NCBI GenBank assembly: GCA_964187785.1
Contig: OZ076409.1
Location: forward strand, 72,480,001 to 72,544,000
DNA length: 64,000 bases
Direction: 5' to 3'
From: Amphiscolops sp. MND2022
Lineage: Eukaryota
Shown here: positions 23,931 to 38,587 of the stretch, in pieces
Numbering within the stretch: position 1 is the first letter of the stretch
How the letters are laid out: each line of letters opens with the position of its first letter
The notes under the pieces: generated by a model
Told to the model about the DNA's origin: nothing
What the model saw: the letters and a program-made list of their open reading frames with translations, nothing else
Databases searched by the model: none
Position numbers and translations under genes: made by a program

Positions 23931-25901
23931 GTGCGGGGGGAAACCCCTTCCTTTATCTTGGAGGATTCGGGTAGGGTCCTGAATCCGATCTTAGTTCGCC
24001 CAGCTCTCAGTAGAAATCTGGGAAATTTTTTGCGATCTCGTGATCTAACCATAGGATTTTAAAGTTGGAGCGGCCCCCACCAGATTTTCCAAAGTTATTC
24101 GCCCCCCACCGGGTTCCAGCGTGATTGAAATATTTTGACGGGGTACACGGGCGACCGTTAGGGGTCATTTTGGGGGTAAAATTTATATCCGGTCGCATAA
24201 CTTTTTTCCTGTTGGATTAAAACTTTGGGACCCTGCTAAAAGTTTCTTGACCGTGTTGCGGGGGCTCCGGAGGTCCAAACCAAATTTTTCTATCTTGAAG
24301 CTATCTCCAAGTACCCCCCCGCCCAAAACGTTATTTTTCCGGAAACGCAGGTTTTTGACCCGGAAGGAGTCGTCTGAGCGCGGGGTCGTTAGGTGATGTT
24401 TTGGGGACGGCCTTGAGACGAAGCGGGGGATATATAGTTTGCCGACCCCAGTTTACCCCCCGCACGGGAAATGACCGTTATATGAGCGGGAAAAATGCCC
24501 CCCTCCACGTTTTACCGCTATTTCCGGTGTGAAGGAGTGGGAGTAGCGCGTCGGGTGTTATATAACAAAAGTAGGTTTAGACAAGGACCTATCGGAAACA
24601 TGTAGCTTGCGACCCCCTGGACCAACCCGTTAGCGGGAAATGGGGCTTCCGCCTCCTTTTTTTACTGCTAAAACCGTAAAATGGGCATTGAGGGGTAAAT
24701 ATCTCGTGAACGCGTGGAGCAATCGTGTCCATCACTACTACAAGGTTTCATACCCATGATATGGTGCCTTCAGGGGGGCAAACAGATTTCCGCTATCTAT
24801 CACCGTTACCGACTTGGCCCCCCAGCCTAACCGCTATGTGACCGGAAATGTCACTTTTTGAGCCCAAAGGGTCGGTCCCAGCCGGGGAACGTTAGGTAAC
24901 TTATTGTAATACTCAATGAGACGAGTTGGGGGATATAGTTTCAGTCACCCCCCGTTACCCCTTGGGACCGGAAATGACCGTTATGTGGGTAAAATTGCAA
25001 TTTTTATACTTTTTTAAGTGTATTTAGGTGCGGAAGGAGTGGTAATAGGTGCTTGGACACTATATGAGGCAAGGGAGGACGTGAGGCGAGCATTCGGAAA
25101 TAACCGTTATGTTGACCCTAAAGTCCCCCTGGTACCGTAAACGACCGGAAATGGTCAAATTTTGTGTCTATTGGGTACAAATGTTTAGTATTTTGTAGAT
25201 AAAAGTATCTATTAGGTGTTTCGACGGTCTGCAATAGTGAACATAGTCATGAAACCTTGTGGGGGGTAACGGGGTATATAGCACCGGAAGTCCAAACCGT
25301 TGGACACAGGATAGGTTTTTGGTTTGAAAATGTCTTTTGGCGTACTTTTGTCGACTATTATGGACTATTATTAAAAATTAAAGTTTTTCCATATAGTTTC
25401 AGAGACTCCGAAACCTCAACCAACATAACCGTTACATTTTGATAGCCATTCAAGTTGGCCTGGTGTCAACTTGGAAGCGCTATCCTTCTGAAATCGTTAA
25501 TCAAGAGTGTTTTTGGGTAGGTATATATTGCATTAGTACCAATTAGAGCTTCATCAACAGTGTATCAACGACAAAAACTATGCCGTCATGATTCCGTTAT
25601 CAGAATCATAGTGAGCAAATTGTTGAAAAAAATGGTTTTTTCCATACAAAAGGTGTCCTAAATGCCAGGAAACCTATTTACCTAACAAATGGTATTAATT
25701 GGAATGTATGTAACAGATTTATAAAAGTTCAAATTGAATATTACATTTCATTATGGAAGCTGAAACGTCATATTTTAGTTTAATTAACGTCAACGCCACA
25801 CACTTTACATCAACGCACACCGTCTGTGGGCATGCCGAGGCATGCCCTTCGACGACGTATGACAAATCCTTATCAAACGACGCCCGTACATCCCGGGCTA
25901 G
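23931..25901 (+). mobile_element. Family B unit (1971 bp)
   Basis: B head and body; tail GCCCGTACATCCCGGGCTAG. Confidence 0.8.
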
Positions 25902-27873
25902 GTGCGGGGGGGAAACCCCAACAAAATTTTTGGAGGATTCGGGTAGGGTCCTGAATCCGAGTTCAGTGCTGCCAGCTTTCGTTAAGAAAATTTGGATAGG
26001 ATTCGGGATCTCGTGATCTAACCATAGGATTTTAAAGTTGGAGCGGCCCCCACCAGATTTTCTGAAAATTAGCGCCCCCCACCGGGTTCCATACCCCGGA
26101 AAATTTTTTTCTGGCCACACGGGCGACCGTTAGGGGGTCATTTTAGGGGTAAAATTCATATTGGGCCACATAACTTTTTTTCTGTTGATTTAAAACTTTG
26201 GGACCCTGCTAAAAGTTTCTTGACCGTGTTGCAGGGGCCCCGGAGGTCCAAACCAAATTTTTCTATCTTGAAGCTATCTCCAAGTACCCCCCCGCCCAAA
26301 ACGTTATTTTTCCGGAAACGCAGGTTTTTGACCCGGAAGGAGTCGTCGGAGCGCGGGGTCGTTAGGTGATGTATTGGGGACGGCCTTGAGACGAAATGGG
26401 GGACATGCAGTTTGCCAACCCCAGTTTACCCCCCGGACGGGAAATGACCGTTATATGAGCGGGAAAAATGCCCCCCTCCACGTTTTACCGCTATTTCCGG
26501 TGTGAAGGAGTGGGAGTAGCGCGTCGGGTGCCATATATCAAAAGTAGGTTTAAACAAGGACCTATCGGAAACATGTGGTTTGGGACCCCCTGGACCAACC
26601 CGTTAGCAGGAAATGGGGCTTCCGGCCCGTTTTTTTACGGTTAAAAACGGAAAATGGGCATTGAGGGGTAAATATCTCGTGAACGCGTGGAGCTACGGTG
26701 TCCTTCACTACTACAAGGTTTCATACCCATGATATGGTGCCTTCAGGGGGGCAAACAGATTTCCGCTATCTATCACCGTTACGGACTTGGCCCCCCAGCC
26801 TAACAGTTAAGTGACCGGAAATGTCATATTTTGAGCCCAAAGGGTCGGTCTCAGCCAGGGAACGTTAGGTAACTTATTGTAGTACTCATTGAGACGAGTT
26901 GGGGGACATAGTTTCAGTCACCCCCCGTTACCCCTTAGGACCGGAAATGACCGTTATGTGAGTAAAATTGCCATTTTTGTCCTATTTGAAGGGCATTTAG
27001 ATGCGGAAGGAGTGGTAATAGGTGCTTGGACACTATATGAGGTAAGGGAGGATGTGAGGCGAGCATTCAGACATAACCGTTATGTTGACTCTAAAGTTCC
27101 TCTGGTACCGTAAACGACCGGAAATGGTCAAATTTTGTGTCTACTGGGTACAAATGTTTGATATTTTGTAAATAAAAGTATCTATTAGGTGTTTCGACGG
27201 TTTGCAGTAGTGAACATAGTCATGAAACCTTGTGGGGGGGTAACGGTATATAGCACCGGAAGTCCGAACCGTTGGAGACAGGATAGGTTTTTTGGTTTTA
27301 AAATGTCTTTCGGCGTACTTTTGTCGACTATTATGGACTATTTTTAAAAATTAAAGTTTTTCCATATAGTTTCAGAGACCCTGAAACCTCAACCAACATA
27401 ACCGTTACCTTATGATAGCCTTTCAAGTTGGCCTGGTGTCAACTTGGAGGGGCTATCCTTCAAAAATCGTTAATCAAGTGTGTTTTTGGGTATGTTTTTA
27501 TCAATTTAGAATCAATTAGAGCTCCAAGAAAAGTTAGCCAACGACAAAAACTATGTCGTGATGATTCCGTTATTAGAATGATGGTTAACAAACTGTTGAT
27601 AAAATTGATTTTTTACATTTCGAATGTGTCCTAAAAGCCAGAAAACCTCTTTAACAAACAAATGGTAATGATTGAATAGTATATAACAGGTAATAAAAGT
27701 TCAAATTGGTTATTACGTTTCATTATTGAAGCTAAAACTTCATAACAAAGTTTAATTAACGTCAACGCCACATACTTTACAACAACGCCCACCGTCTGTG
27801 GGCATGCCGAGGCATGCCCTTCGACGACGTATACCAAATACATACCTAACGACGCCCGTACATGCCGGGCTAG
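25902..27873 (+). mobile_element. Family B unit (1972 bp)
   Basis: B head and body; tail GCCCGTACATGCCGGGCTAG. Confidence 0.8.
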
Positions 27874-29866
27874 GTGCGGGGGGGAAACCCCATCCCTTAT
27901 CTTGGAGGATTCGGGTAGGGTCCTGAATCCGAGTTCAGTGCCGCCAGCTCTCAGTAGAAATCTGGGCATTTTTTTGCGATCTCGTGATCTAACCATAGGA
28001 TTTTAAAGTTGGAGCGGCCCCCACCAGATTTTCCAAAGTTATTCGCCCCCCACCGGGTTCCAGCGTGATTGAAATATTTTGACGGGGTACACGGGCGACC
28101 GTTAGGGGTCATTTTGGGGGTAAAATTTATATCCGGTCGCATAACTTTTTTCCTGTTGGATTAAAACTTTGGGACCCTGCTAAAAGTTTCTTGACCGTGT
28201 TGCGGGGGCTCCGGAGGTCCAAACCAAATTTTTCTATCTTGAAGCTATCTCCAAGTACCCCCCCGCCCAAACCGTTATTTTTCCGGAAACGCAGGTTTTT
28301 GACCCGGAAGGAGTCGTCTGAGCGCGGGGTCGTTAGGTGATGTATTGGGGACGGCCTTGAGACGAAGCGGGGGATATATAGTTTGCCGACCCCAGTTTAC
28401 CCCCCGCACGGGAAATGACCGTTATATGAGCCGGAAAAATGCCCCCCTCCACGTTTTACCGCTATTTCCGATGGGAAGGAGTGGGAGTAGCGCGTCGGGT
28501 GTCATATATCAAAAGTAGGTTTAGACAAGGACCTATCGGAAACATGTGGTTTGGGACCCCCTGGACCAACCAGTTAGCGGGAAATGGGGCTTCCGCCTCC
28601 TTTTTTTACTGCTAAAACCGTAAAATGGGCATTGAGGGGTAAATATCTCGTGAACGCGTGGAGCAATCGTGTCCATCACTACTACAAGGTTTCATACCCA
28701 TGATATGGTGCCTTCAGGGGGGCAAACAGATTTCCGCTATCTATCACCGTTACCGACTTGGCCCCCCAGCCTAACCGCTATGTGACCGGAAATGTCACTT
28801 TTTGAGCCCAAAGGGTCGGTCCCAGCCGGGGAACGTTAGGTAACTTATTGTAGTACTCAATGAGACGAGTTGGGGGATATAGTTTCAGTCAACCCCCGTT
28901 ACCCCTTGGGACCGGAAATGACCGTTATGTGGGTAAATTTGCAATTTTTATACTCTTTGAAGTGTATTTAGGTGCGGAAGGAGTGGTAATAGGTGCTTGG
29001 ACACTATATGATGTAATGGAGGTCGTGAGGAGAGCATTCGGAAATAACCGTTATGTTGACCCCAAAGTCCCCCTGGTACCGTTAACGACCGGAAATGGCC
29101 AAATTTTGTGTCTATTGGGTACAAATGTTTGGTATTTTATGGATAAAAGTACCTGGAAGGTGTTTTAAAGGCCTCCAGAAGTGAACATAGTCATGAAACC
29201 TTGTGGGGGGTAACGGTATATAGCACCGGAAGTCCAAACCGTTGGTCACAGAATAGGTTTTTTGGTTTCAAAATGTCTTTAGGCATAGTTTTGTGGGTTG
29301 AATCGTCATAATATCAACTAATACGGACTTTTTTCGGAAATAAAATTTTTTCACATTAGTTTCAGGGACCTCCAATGCTTCAGTCAACATAACCGTTACA
29401 TTTTGATAGCCTTTCAAGTTGACCTGGTGTCAACTTGGAAGGGCTATCCTTCTAAAATCGTTAATCAAGAGTGTTTTTGGGTAGGTATATGTTGCATTAG
29501 TACCAATTAGAGCTTCATCAACAGTTTGCCAACGGCAAAAACGATGTCGTGATAATTCCGTTATAAAAATATTAGTTAACAAATTGTTTTCAAAGTTGAT
29601 TTTTTCCATTAAAAATGTGTCCTAATGCCACCAAATTGAATAAAATAATAAATGGTATTGACTAAAACTAAATAACAATGAAAAAGAAGATCAACATTTT
29701 TATTAGGTCTCATTATGGAAGCTGAAACCTCACGTTTTAGTTTAATTAACGTCAACGCCACATACTTTACATCAACGCCCACCGTCTGTGGGCATGCCGA
29801 GGCATGCCCTTCGACGACGTATACCAAACAACCTCCATATCTACACCCACCCGCGGTAGCAGCTAG
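27874..29866 (+). mobile_element. Family B unit (1993 bp)
   Basis: B body with ~20 extra bp near 29290-29330; CTAG end. Confidence 0.8.
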
Positions 29867-31837
29867 GTGCGGGGGGGTAACCCCAACAAATATATTGGAG
29901 GATTCGGGTAGGGTCCTGAATCCGATTTTAACTCTAATAGCTATCGATAGGAAATCTTGCAAAAATTTCGGGATCTCGTGATCTAACCATAGGATTTTAA
30001 AGTTGGAGCGGCCCCCACCAGATTTTCCGAAAATTAGCGCCCCCCACCGGGTTCCAGCGTGATTGAAATATTTTGACGGGGTACACGGGCGACCGTTAGG
30101 GGTCATTTTGGGGGTAAAATTTATATCCGGTCGCATAACTTTTTTTCTGTTGATTTAAAACTTTGGAACCCTGCTAAAAGTTTCTTGACCGTGTTGCAGG
30201 GGCCCCGAAGGTCCAAACCAAATTTTTCTATCTTGAAGCTATCTCCAAGTACCCCCCCGCTCAAACCGTTATTTTTCCGGAAACGCAGGTTTTTGACCCG
30301 GAAGGAGTCGTCTGAGCGCGGGGTCGTTAGGTGATGTATTGGGGACGGCCTTGAGACGAAGTGGGGGACAAGTAGTTTGCCAACCTCAATTTACCCCCCG
30401 GACGGGAAATGACCGTTATATGAGCGTGAAAAATGCCCCCCTCCACGTTTTACCGCTATTTCCGGTGTGAAGGAGTGGGAGTAGCGCGTCGGGTGTTATA
30501 TAACAAAAGTAGGTTTAGACAAGGACCTATCGGAAACATGTAGTTTGGGACCCCCTGGACCAACCCGTTAGCGGGAAATGGGGCTTCCGCCTCCTTTTTT
30601 AGTGCTAAAACCGTAAAATGGGCATTGAGGGGTAAATATCTCGTGAACGCGTGGAGCAATCGTGTCCATCACTACTACAAGGTTTCATACCCATGATATG
30701 GTGCCTTCAGGGGGGCAAACAGATTTCCGCTATCTATCACCGTTACCGACTTGGCCCCCCAGCCTAACCGCTATGTGACCGGAAATGTCACTTTTTGAGC
30801 CCAAAGGGTCGGTCCCAGCTGGGGAACGTCAGGTAACTTATTGTAGTACTCAATGAGACGAGTTGGGGGATGTAGTTTCAGTCACCCCCCGTTACCCCTT
30901 GGGACCGGAAATGACCGTTATGTGGGTAAAATTGCAATTTTTATACTTTTTCAAGTGTATTTAGGTGCGGAAGGAGTGGTAATAGGTGCTTGGACACTAT
31001 ATGAGGTAAGGGAGGACGTGAGGCGAGCATTCGGAAATAACCGTTATGTTGACCCTAAAGTCCCCCTGGTACCGTAAACGACCGGAAATGGTCAAATTTT
31101 GTGTCTATTGGGTACAAATGTTTTGTATTTTGTAGATAAAAGTATCTATTAGGTGTTTCGACGGTCTACAGTAGTGAACATAGTCATGAAACCTTGTGGG
31201 GGGTAACGGTATATAGCACCGGAAGTCAAACCGTTGGAGACAGGATAGGTTTTTTGGTTTTAAAATGTCTTTCGGCGTAATTTTTTCGACTCTTGTGGAC
31301 TATTTTTAAAAATTAAAGTTTTTCCATATAGTTTCAGAGACTCCGAAACCTCAACCAACATAACCGTTACCTTATGATAGCCTTTCAAGTTGGCCTGGTG
31401 TCAACTTGGAAGCGCTATCCTTCTGAAATCGTTAATCAAGAGTGTTTTTGGGTAGGTATATATTGCATTAGTACCAATTAGAGCTTCATCAACAGTGTAT
31501 CAACGACAAAAACTATGCCGTCATGATTCCGTTATTAGAATCATAGTGAGCAAATTGTTGAAAAAAAATGGTTTTTTCCATACAAAATGTGTCCTAAATG
31601 CCAGGAAACCTATTTACCTAACAAATGGTATTAATTGGAATGTTTGTAACAGATTTATAAAAGTTCAAATTGAATATTACATTTCATTATGGAAGCTGAA
31701 ACGTCATATTTTAGTTTAATTAACGTCAACGCCACACACTTTACATCAACGCACACCGTCTGTGGGCATGCCGAGGCATGCCCTTCGACGACGTATGACA
31801 AATCCTTATCAAACGACGCCCGTACATCCCGGGCTAG
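29867..31837 (+). mobile_element. Family B unit (1971 bp)
   Basis: B head and body; last ~400 bp match the 23931 unit. Confidence 0.8.
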
Positions 31838-34040
31838 GTGGGCGGGGGTAATTCCCCAACAAAAAAATCGGCCGGCGGGTCGGGTCCTGCCGGCCGTCCA
31901 AAATCAAAATTATACTAGTAGAAAACGGCCGGTCAAACGAGCTATTTTTTTATTTAACCGTTAGAATTTGGGTTTAGATTGCATGCGGCCATGAAATGGC
32001 CATACGAATGGAAGTTCCTGCTGACGTTTTGCGATTGAAACACTTTATAAAAAGTTATGGCCAATTTGTCATTCACCTAGAAGGGCAAAATGAGGAAAAT
32101 TTTAACAAAGTCACTGATAACTCAAAATGTAATAATTTTTGGACTTTGACAGTGATACAAGCTTGGAACTGTCATTTCGTGGCTGTGGCATTGCACTGAA
32201 CACAAAAGATGTAAAGTTTTCACATTTTTTGAAAATTCGACATTTTTGAATTTTTTTTCACTACTATCAGTACACTATATGTCAAAAACGCCTCTGAAAA
32301 AAATTTTTATTTGCTTAAAATTAGAAACCTTGGTATCCATGGTTTCCGTCAGTACCTACTCGCCGCCAAACGCTCAACAGTTTGCATTCAATGTGAAAAT
32401 ATAATTTTTTTCGAGGTCATAGGTGTTTCACAAGGATTTCTCAACTTAGTATCTATTTACAAATTGGTCATTTTGAACACATTATTTTCATCGAAGCGTG
32501 TCAGATACCACCCTAATGCTCACGAATGGGCCTACTGGCAACGTTGGAACCATTTTTAGTAATAGAAAGTATTAAAAAAATATTTTCACCCGGTCTTCAG
32601 TCATTTTTCAGACATTCGGTACTTAACTTAGAAAAATTTCGCATCAAAAACCCATATTTGGTAGGGTCGAAATTTGAAATTCAGTTTTTTATGCAAAATT
32701 ATTAACTCTGACGTAACCAGTGGAGCCCATGATACTCAAAAACACGATTGGGACTGGTATCAGTGGCTCCAATAACATATGAGCCGCGATAAGACGTTAT
32801 TCAGAGCAAACGCTCTAAATCGAAGTAAACATCTCTGAAGCCTGGGATCACAGTGAAATGTGATATCACCAAAAGTTTACTCTTTTTTGTCAATCACTAT
32901 GTACACAGAGTGCGTAGGGTGAGTTTCAGGACTATAATGAGGTTTTTGAAGTAATCGCGCTGCTCAAGGGGTGGTATGAGACTATTTTTTCCCATATACT
33001 ACTACATTTCCATAAATTTGCAGTCCATTGTCCTGGAAAGATAACTTCACAAAAACAATTTTTCTACTCTATTCAGTTATTAGAATAAAGTTGAACACTG
33101 TGGTTGATCAGAAATGCTCAATTCTTTTGGTTTTTAAAAAAATTCCTTCGCATTCGTTACATTTGTGGAAGGAAGGTTATCAGTAGCTCCAAAAAAAAAA
33201 CGAAATTTAGCACGAACAGACATGCAACGATGCAAAGCAAAAACGTTTTTACAACTTCCGACGTCATTATTTTACCCAAGAAGTTCGAAAATATCATTCG
33301 CAATGCTGTCATTCGCTATATATACGATCGCGGTCTATTTACAAACATTTAGATTTCATTGTTCTGCTTGAAAACCAATTTTTGTCAGGTCGAAATTTTA
33401 AATTTTGCCTGGGGAGCAATACCCTTCACGCTGAAGTAAACAGTGGGGCCCAAGTTACTCAAAAACAAGAAAGAGACTGCTACAATATGTCCTAATAACA
33501 TATGGACCACGATAGTACGTTTTTCACACAAAAAACTCTCATCCGAAGTAAATATGTTGAAAGCTTTTAATCACCGTGAGAAGTGATTTCATCAAAAAAT
33601 AACTCTTTTTTGTCAATCACTATTTACACAGAATTTGTAAAGTTAGTTTGAGTCATGAAATGAGGCTTTACCGTAATATGGGTTGCTCAAGGTGTTATAT
33701 AAGACAAAAACTTCCTCTTTTCTACTAGCTTCTTCAAATATTTCAACCCTTTGTCACAATAAGTTAATATTCAAAATCTCTTTGAAATGTATCTTTATGT
33801 TGGGGTGAAGTCTAAGAACAATAACTATGATCGAAGAATGCTAGTACTGGTGTTTGAACCATGTCCGGATGAACAAATCACAAAATCATCAAAAAATTGT
33901 TCCCTTTTTTGGTTATTTTGGCAGTACTAAAAATGTTAGCCGATAAATAATTTTTTCGATGGCACCATTGGATTCCTCTCAAAAAGTTGGTTATATGACC
34001 TGTGTAATAACCCCGTATCTTTTCAATTTAAATATATTTA

Positions 34041-35410
34041 AAAAGCCAACTATTTTGACCAAAATCCTAAAAATCATACCATTTCCTAAAAATTTTCAAA
34101 TGCACCCCATTTGACGTATAAGATAAGCACAGAAAACTATCATATACCGATCAACTCTACTCCTATTGTAGATTATTAGAATTTTGTTAAGAATGAATTT
34201 TGATGAATATTAAAAAAATTTTGAACCCTCCAAAAATGGGCCAAAATTACACGAAAAAATTGACCTTAAAATACCAAAATGTCAAAAAATCATCAAAACC
34301 CAGGCTTCTTGGGGTTCTATCAACTCCGCGTGGTCCACAGAGTATGCTAAAACAGGTTTTACCCGTTTTTGAGCAATATGTGAAAAAGCCGACATTTTTG
34401 GGAAAGAAAAACATACCATTTCCTAAAAAAATTCAAATGCACGTCATTTGCCGTATTAGAATAGCACAGAAAACTATCACATACCAATCAACTCTACTTT
34501 TATTGCAGATGAACAGAATTTTGTTTAGAATAAATTTTACCGGATAATAAAAAAATTTGAATCCTTCAAAAATGGGCCAAAAATACACGAAAAAATGGAC
34601 CTTAAAAATTTAAAATGTCAAAAAATCATCAAAACAACAGCTTCTTGGGGTTCTATCAACTCCACGAGGTCCACAGAGTATGCTAAAACAGGTTTTACCC
34701 GTTTTTGAGCAATATGTGAAAAAGCCGACATTTTTGGGAAAGAAAAACATACCATTTCCTAAAAAAATTCAAATGCACGCCATTTGCCGTATGAAAATAG
34801 CACAGAAAACTATCACATACCAATCAACTCTACTTTCATTGCAGATGAACAGAATTTTGTTTAGAATAAACTTTACCGGATAATAAAAAAATTTGATTCC
34901 TTCTAAAATGGGCCAAAATTACACGAAAAAATGGACCTTAAAATTTTAAAATGTCAAAAAATCATCAAAACCACGGCTTCTTGGGGTTCTATCAACTCCA
35001 CGTGGTCCACAGAGTATGCTTAACCCGGTTTTACCCATCTTTGAGCAAAATGTGAAAATACCGACATTTTTGGAAAAGAAAAACATGCCATTTTCTAATA
35101 AATTTCAAATGCACGCCATTTGCTGTATGAGAATTACACAGAAAGCTGTCACATACCGATCAACTCTACTTCCATTGTAGATTATCAGAAGTTTGTTTAG
35201 AATAAATTTTGAAGGATAATAAAAAAATTTGAATCCATCAAAAATGGGCCAAAATTACACGAAAAAATTGACCTTAAAATATCAAAATGTCAAAAAATCA
35301 TCAAAACCACAATTTCTTGGCGTTCTATCAACTCCATATGATACCAAACCAGGTACTGCCAATCGTTTGAGTTATAATAAAAAAACGTCTTTTTTGGCAA
35401 GAATTCCATA
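34041..35410 (+). repeat. Internal tandem repeat, ~4 x 336-337 bp
   Basis: AT(A/G)CCATTT(C/T)CTAA recurs at 34076, 34413, 34749, 35085. Confidence 0.9.
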
Positions 35411-35626
35411 CCATAAATAATAATCATGTTCCATATAAGAAGCGAATCATTTCAGATATATACCCTGTTCATTTTTTTAATATTACCGATTATTAATTTA
35501 ATAGATGTTTTGAATGTGAGCTTCCTAAAAGGTTCAGGTGTGATGATACGTAAATAGAACCTTAGTTTCATCGAAATCTCAATTGAATATGTCCAATCTT
35601 AACCATCAGATAACAAGAAACACTTA

Positions 35627-35667
35627 AGTACATTCCATCTCCCCATCGGGGGAGATGAGAATGTACT
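35627..35667 (+). other. Bulged inverted repeat AGTACATTC-CATCTCCCC...GGGGAGATG-A-GAATGTACT
   Basis: Identical copy at 44372-44412; loop variant at 48296-48334. Confidence 0.85.
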
Positions 35668-36600
35668 TTCGAGAAGCCAAATACGTCCAACATTCAAACT
35701 TTTGTAACTTTGTATGTAACTCCTGAAACGAAGAAGGAATAAAATTGTTTCTGGTACATACATGAGTCTTTACTTCAGCTTCTATTTCTGCTGAACAAAA
35801 CCATTCGACTCTTTTGCCGGAGTTAAGATCGATTGTATTACCCAGTGAACAAAGGCATGACTGAAAACGTTTACTACTTTGTTCATAATTTTCCGGCCTT
35901 CCGAAATGATGAAACGTCCACATAACTAAGATAGCAAGTGAATGACTGCGAAATGCACCTTATTAGATGAGGTAAATAACGTGTAAAACTCTCCTTTATC
36001 CTAACATGAGGTTGAGTAATGATCATTTGAGAATAGTTTGATATGTGAATACAATAGTATAAAACAAGTACATTTTATATGAATAACGCCGTGGAAAGCG
36101 TTCAGAAAGGACATTAGGCTTGTTTGGAACATGTATGTGTGGTGTCCCTTGGTGGCGTTCGCTTAGTGTATATGTCGAGGGGTATTCGAGTTGTTATGAT
36201 AGAATTTACACACAAGTCTTTTGTTTTTTGGTTTTTTTAAAATGTCGTTAAGTACCTGCATTCTATCCCCTTCTCAGAGATGACGTGAAGTTACGTTTGC
36301 TAAATAAATGTCATCGAAAGATCACACTCCCGACGAAATTAACTATCTTAACACGTGTTTAGAATTTTAAATAAACAACCGTATAAGATTTTTATATTTC
36401 ATTGAGTTTGATGAAGTCTTTTGTTCTTCTCACTACTATTTCAACCAATACACATATCCGTTACCATATCACATGTCTCCATTAGTACAACGCCACATAG
36501 CGTTCCGACGCCCACAGTCTGTGGGCATGCCGAGGCATGCCCTTCGACGACGTATGGCAAATGGAGCCATGCCCGCCGTCTTTACGGCGGTAGCGGCTAG

Positions 36601-38587
36601 GTGGGCGGGGGTAATTCCCCAACAAAAAATTCGGCCGGCGGGTTGGGTCCTGCCGGACGTCAAATAGTGTGAAACATCCAGTAGGAAACGGCGACATAAA
36701 TCAGCGATTTTAAAATTTAACCGTTAGAATTCGGACTTGGAGTGCATGCGGCCCCAAAATGCCCATACGAATCGAAGTTCTAGCTGACGTTAAGCGATAA
36801 AAACATTTTATAAAAAGTTATGGCCCATTTTACGTTCACCTATAAGGGTAAAATGAGGAAAATTTTTACAAAGTCGCTGATAACTCAAAATACATTAATT
36901 TTTGGACTTTGACTGTGAAACAAGCTTAGAACCTTCATTTCGTGGCTGTGGCATTGCACTGAACACAAAAGATGTAAAGTTTTTACATTTTTTGGAAATT
37001 CGACATTTTTGATTTTTTTTTCACTACTATCAGTACACTATATGTCAAAAACACCTCTGAAAAAAATTATTATTTGCTTAAAATTGGAAACCTTGGTATC
37101 CATGGTTTCTGTCGGAACCTACTCGCTGCCAAACACCCAACAGTTTGCATCCAATGTGAAATTAAAATTTTTTTCGAGGTCTAAGGTGTTTCACAAGGAT
37201 TTCTCAACTTAGTTTCAATTTACAAATTGGTCATATTGAACACAATATTTTCATCGAAGCTTGTCAGATACCGCCCTAATGCTCACTAATGGGCCTACTC
37301 GCAACGTTGGAACCGTTTATAGTAATAGAAAGTTTAAAAAAAATATTTTCACCCGGTCTTCAGTCATTTTTCAGTCATTCGGAACTTAACTTAGAAAAAT
37401 TTCGACCAAAATACCCATTTTTTGTCAGGTCGAAAAATCAAATTCAGATTTTTAAGCAAAATTATTTACTCTGACGTAACTAGTGGGCCCCATGATACTC
37501 AAAAACACGATTGGGACCGGTACCAAGGGCTCCAATTTCATATGAGCCGCGATGAGACGTTATTTTGAGCAACACGTCTCAATAGAGGTAAACATCTCGC
37601 AAGCCTGGGGTCACAGTGAAAAGTAATTTCATCAAGAATTTACTCATTTTTGTCAATCACTATGTGCACAGAGTGCGTAGGGTGCGTTTCAGCACTTTAA
37701 TGAGGTTTTTGAAGGCATCGGTCTGCTCAAGGGTTGGTATGAGACATTTTTTTCCTGTATACTACTGTATTTTCCAAAACTTTTAGCCAATTATCTGGAA
37801 AAACTAACTTGACAAAAGACTTTCAATTACTTTATTCAAAGGTTACAATATAGATGAACTCTGTGGTTGATCAGAAAATCTCAACTATTTTGTTTTCCGG
37901 AAAAAATCACTTCGCATCTGTTACATTTGTAGCATGAAAAAAAGCAGAATCTAAAAAATACGCAATTTTGTTAAGATAGAATCGCGTTGATTGTGCCTAA
38001 AAAGTTAATAAACACGTCTGACGCAACCATACAGACCCAAAATGATTGAACATGTCAATCAGAATGCTGACATGTGTTCTATCTACGATCATGGTTGGAC
38101 AATTTTTGCATTATTTTCAAGTACCTGTTAACTGAATCTTGTGATAGCCTTTTAAGTTGGCCTTGTGTCAACTTTGGAAGGCTATCACATCAAAAAATTA
38201 TCAACAAAAATGCTTTTTGTTTATACAATGTTGTTTTCGATAAACATTTTTGCGATTCTAAGCTACCGTTAGTACCTTCCATGAGGTCAGCTAACGATAG
38301 CATGCAGTCTCTGATAAAAAATTATGAACTCAATTACATTTTTCTAAAATTTTTCTCAGAGAAAAGTACAAATAAATAAAAACAATATAAAATTCTAATC
38401 TCAAACAACTATAAAATGTTTGTTTTTCACCGTAATCAGTTTACGACCCATCACCCTATGTCACGGCACCGTCATTAGTACAACGCCACATAGTGTTGCG
38501 ACGTGCACAGTCTGTGGGCATGCCGAGGCATGCCCTTCGACGACGTATGCCGAATACCGCGGGCCTACGCCCGCGCTCCCCGGCTAG
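36601..38587 (+). mobile_element. Family A unit (1987 bp)
   Basis: Near-identical to 45339-47326. Confidence 0.8.

Larger units (their letters stand above)
31838..36600 (+). mobile_element. Long A' element (4763 bp)
   Basis: A-type first ~1.3 kb, diverged re-duplication of the A middle block (~33370-33800), 336-bp tandem repeats, GTACATTC hairpin, core tail, CTAG. Confidence 0.8.
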
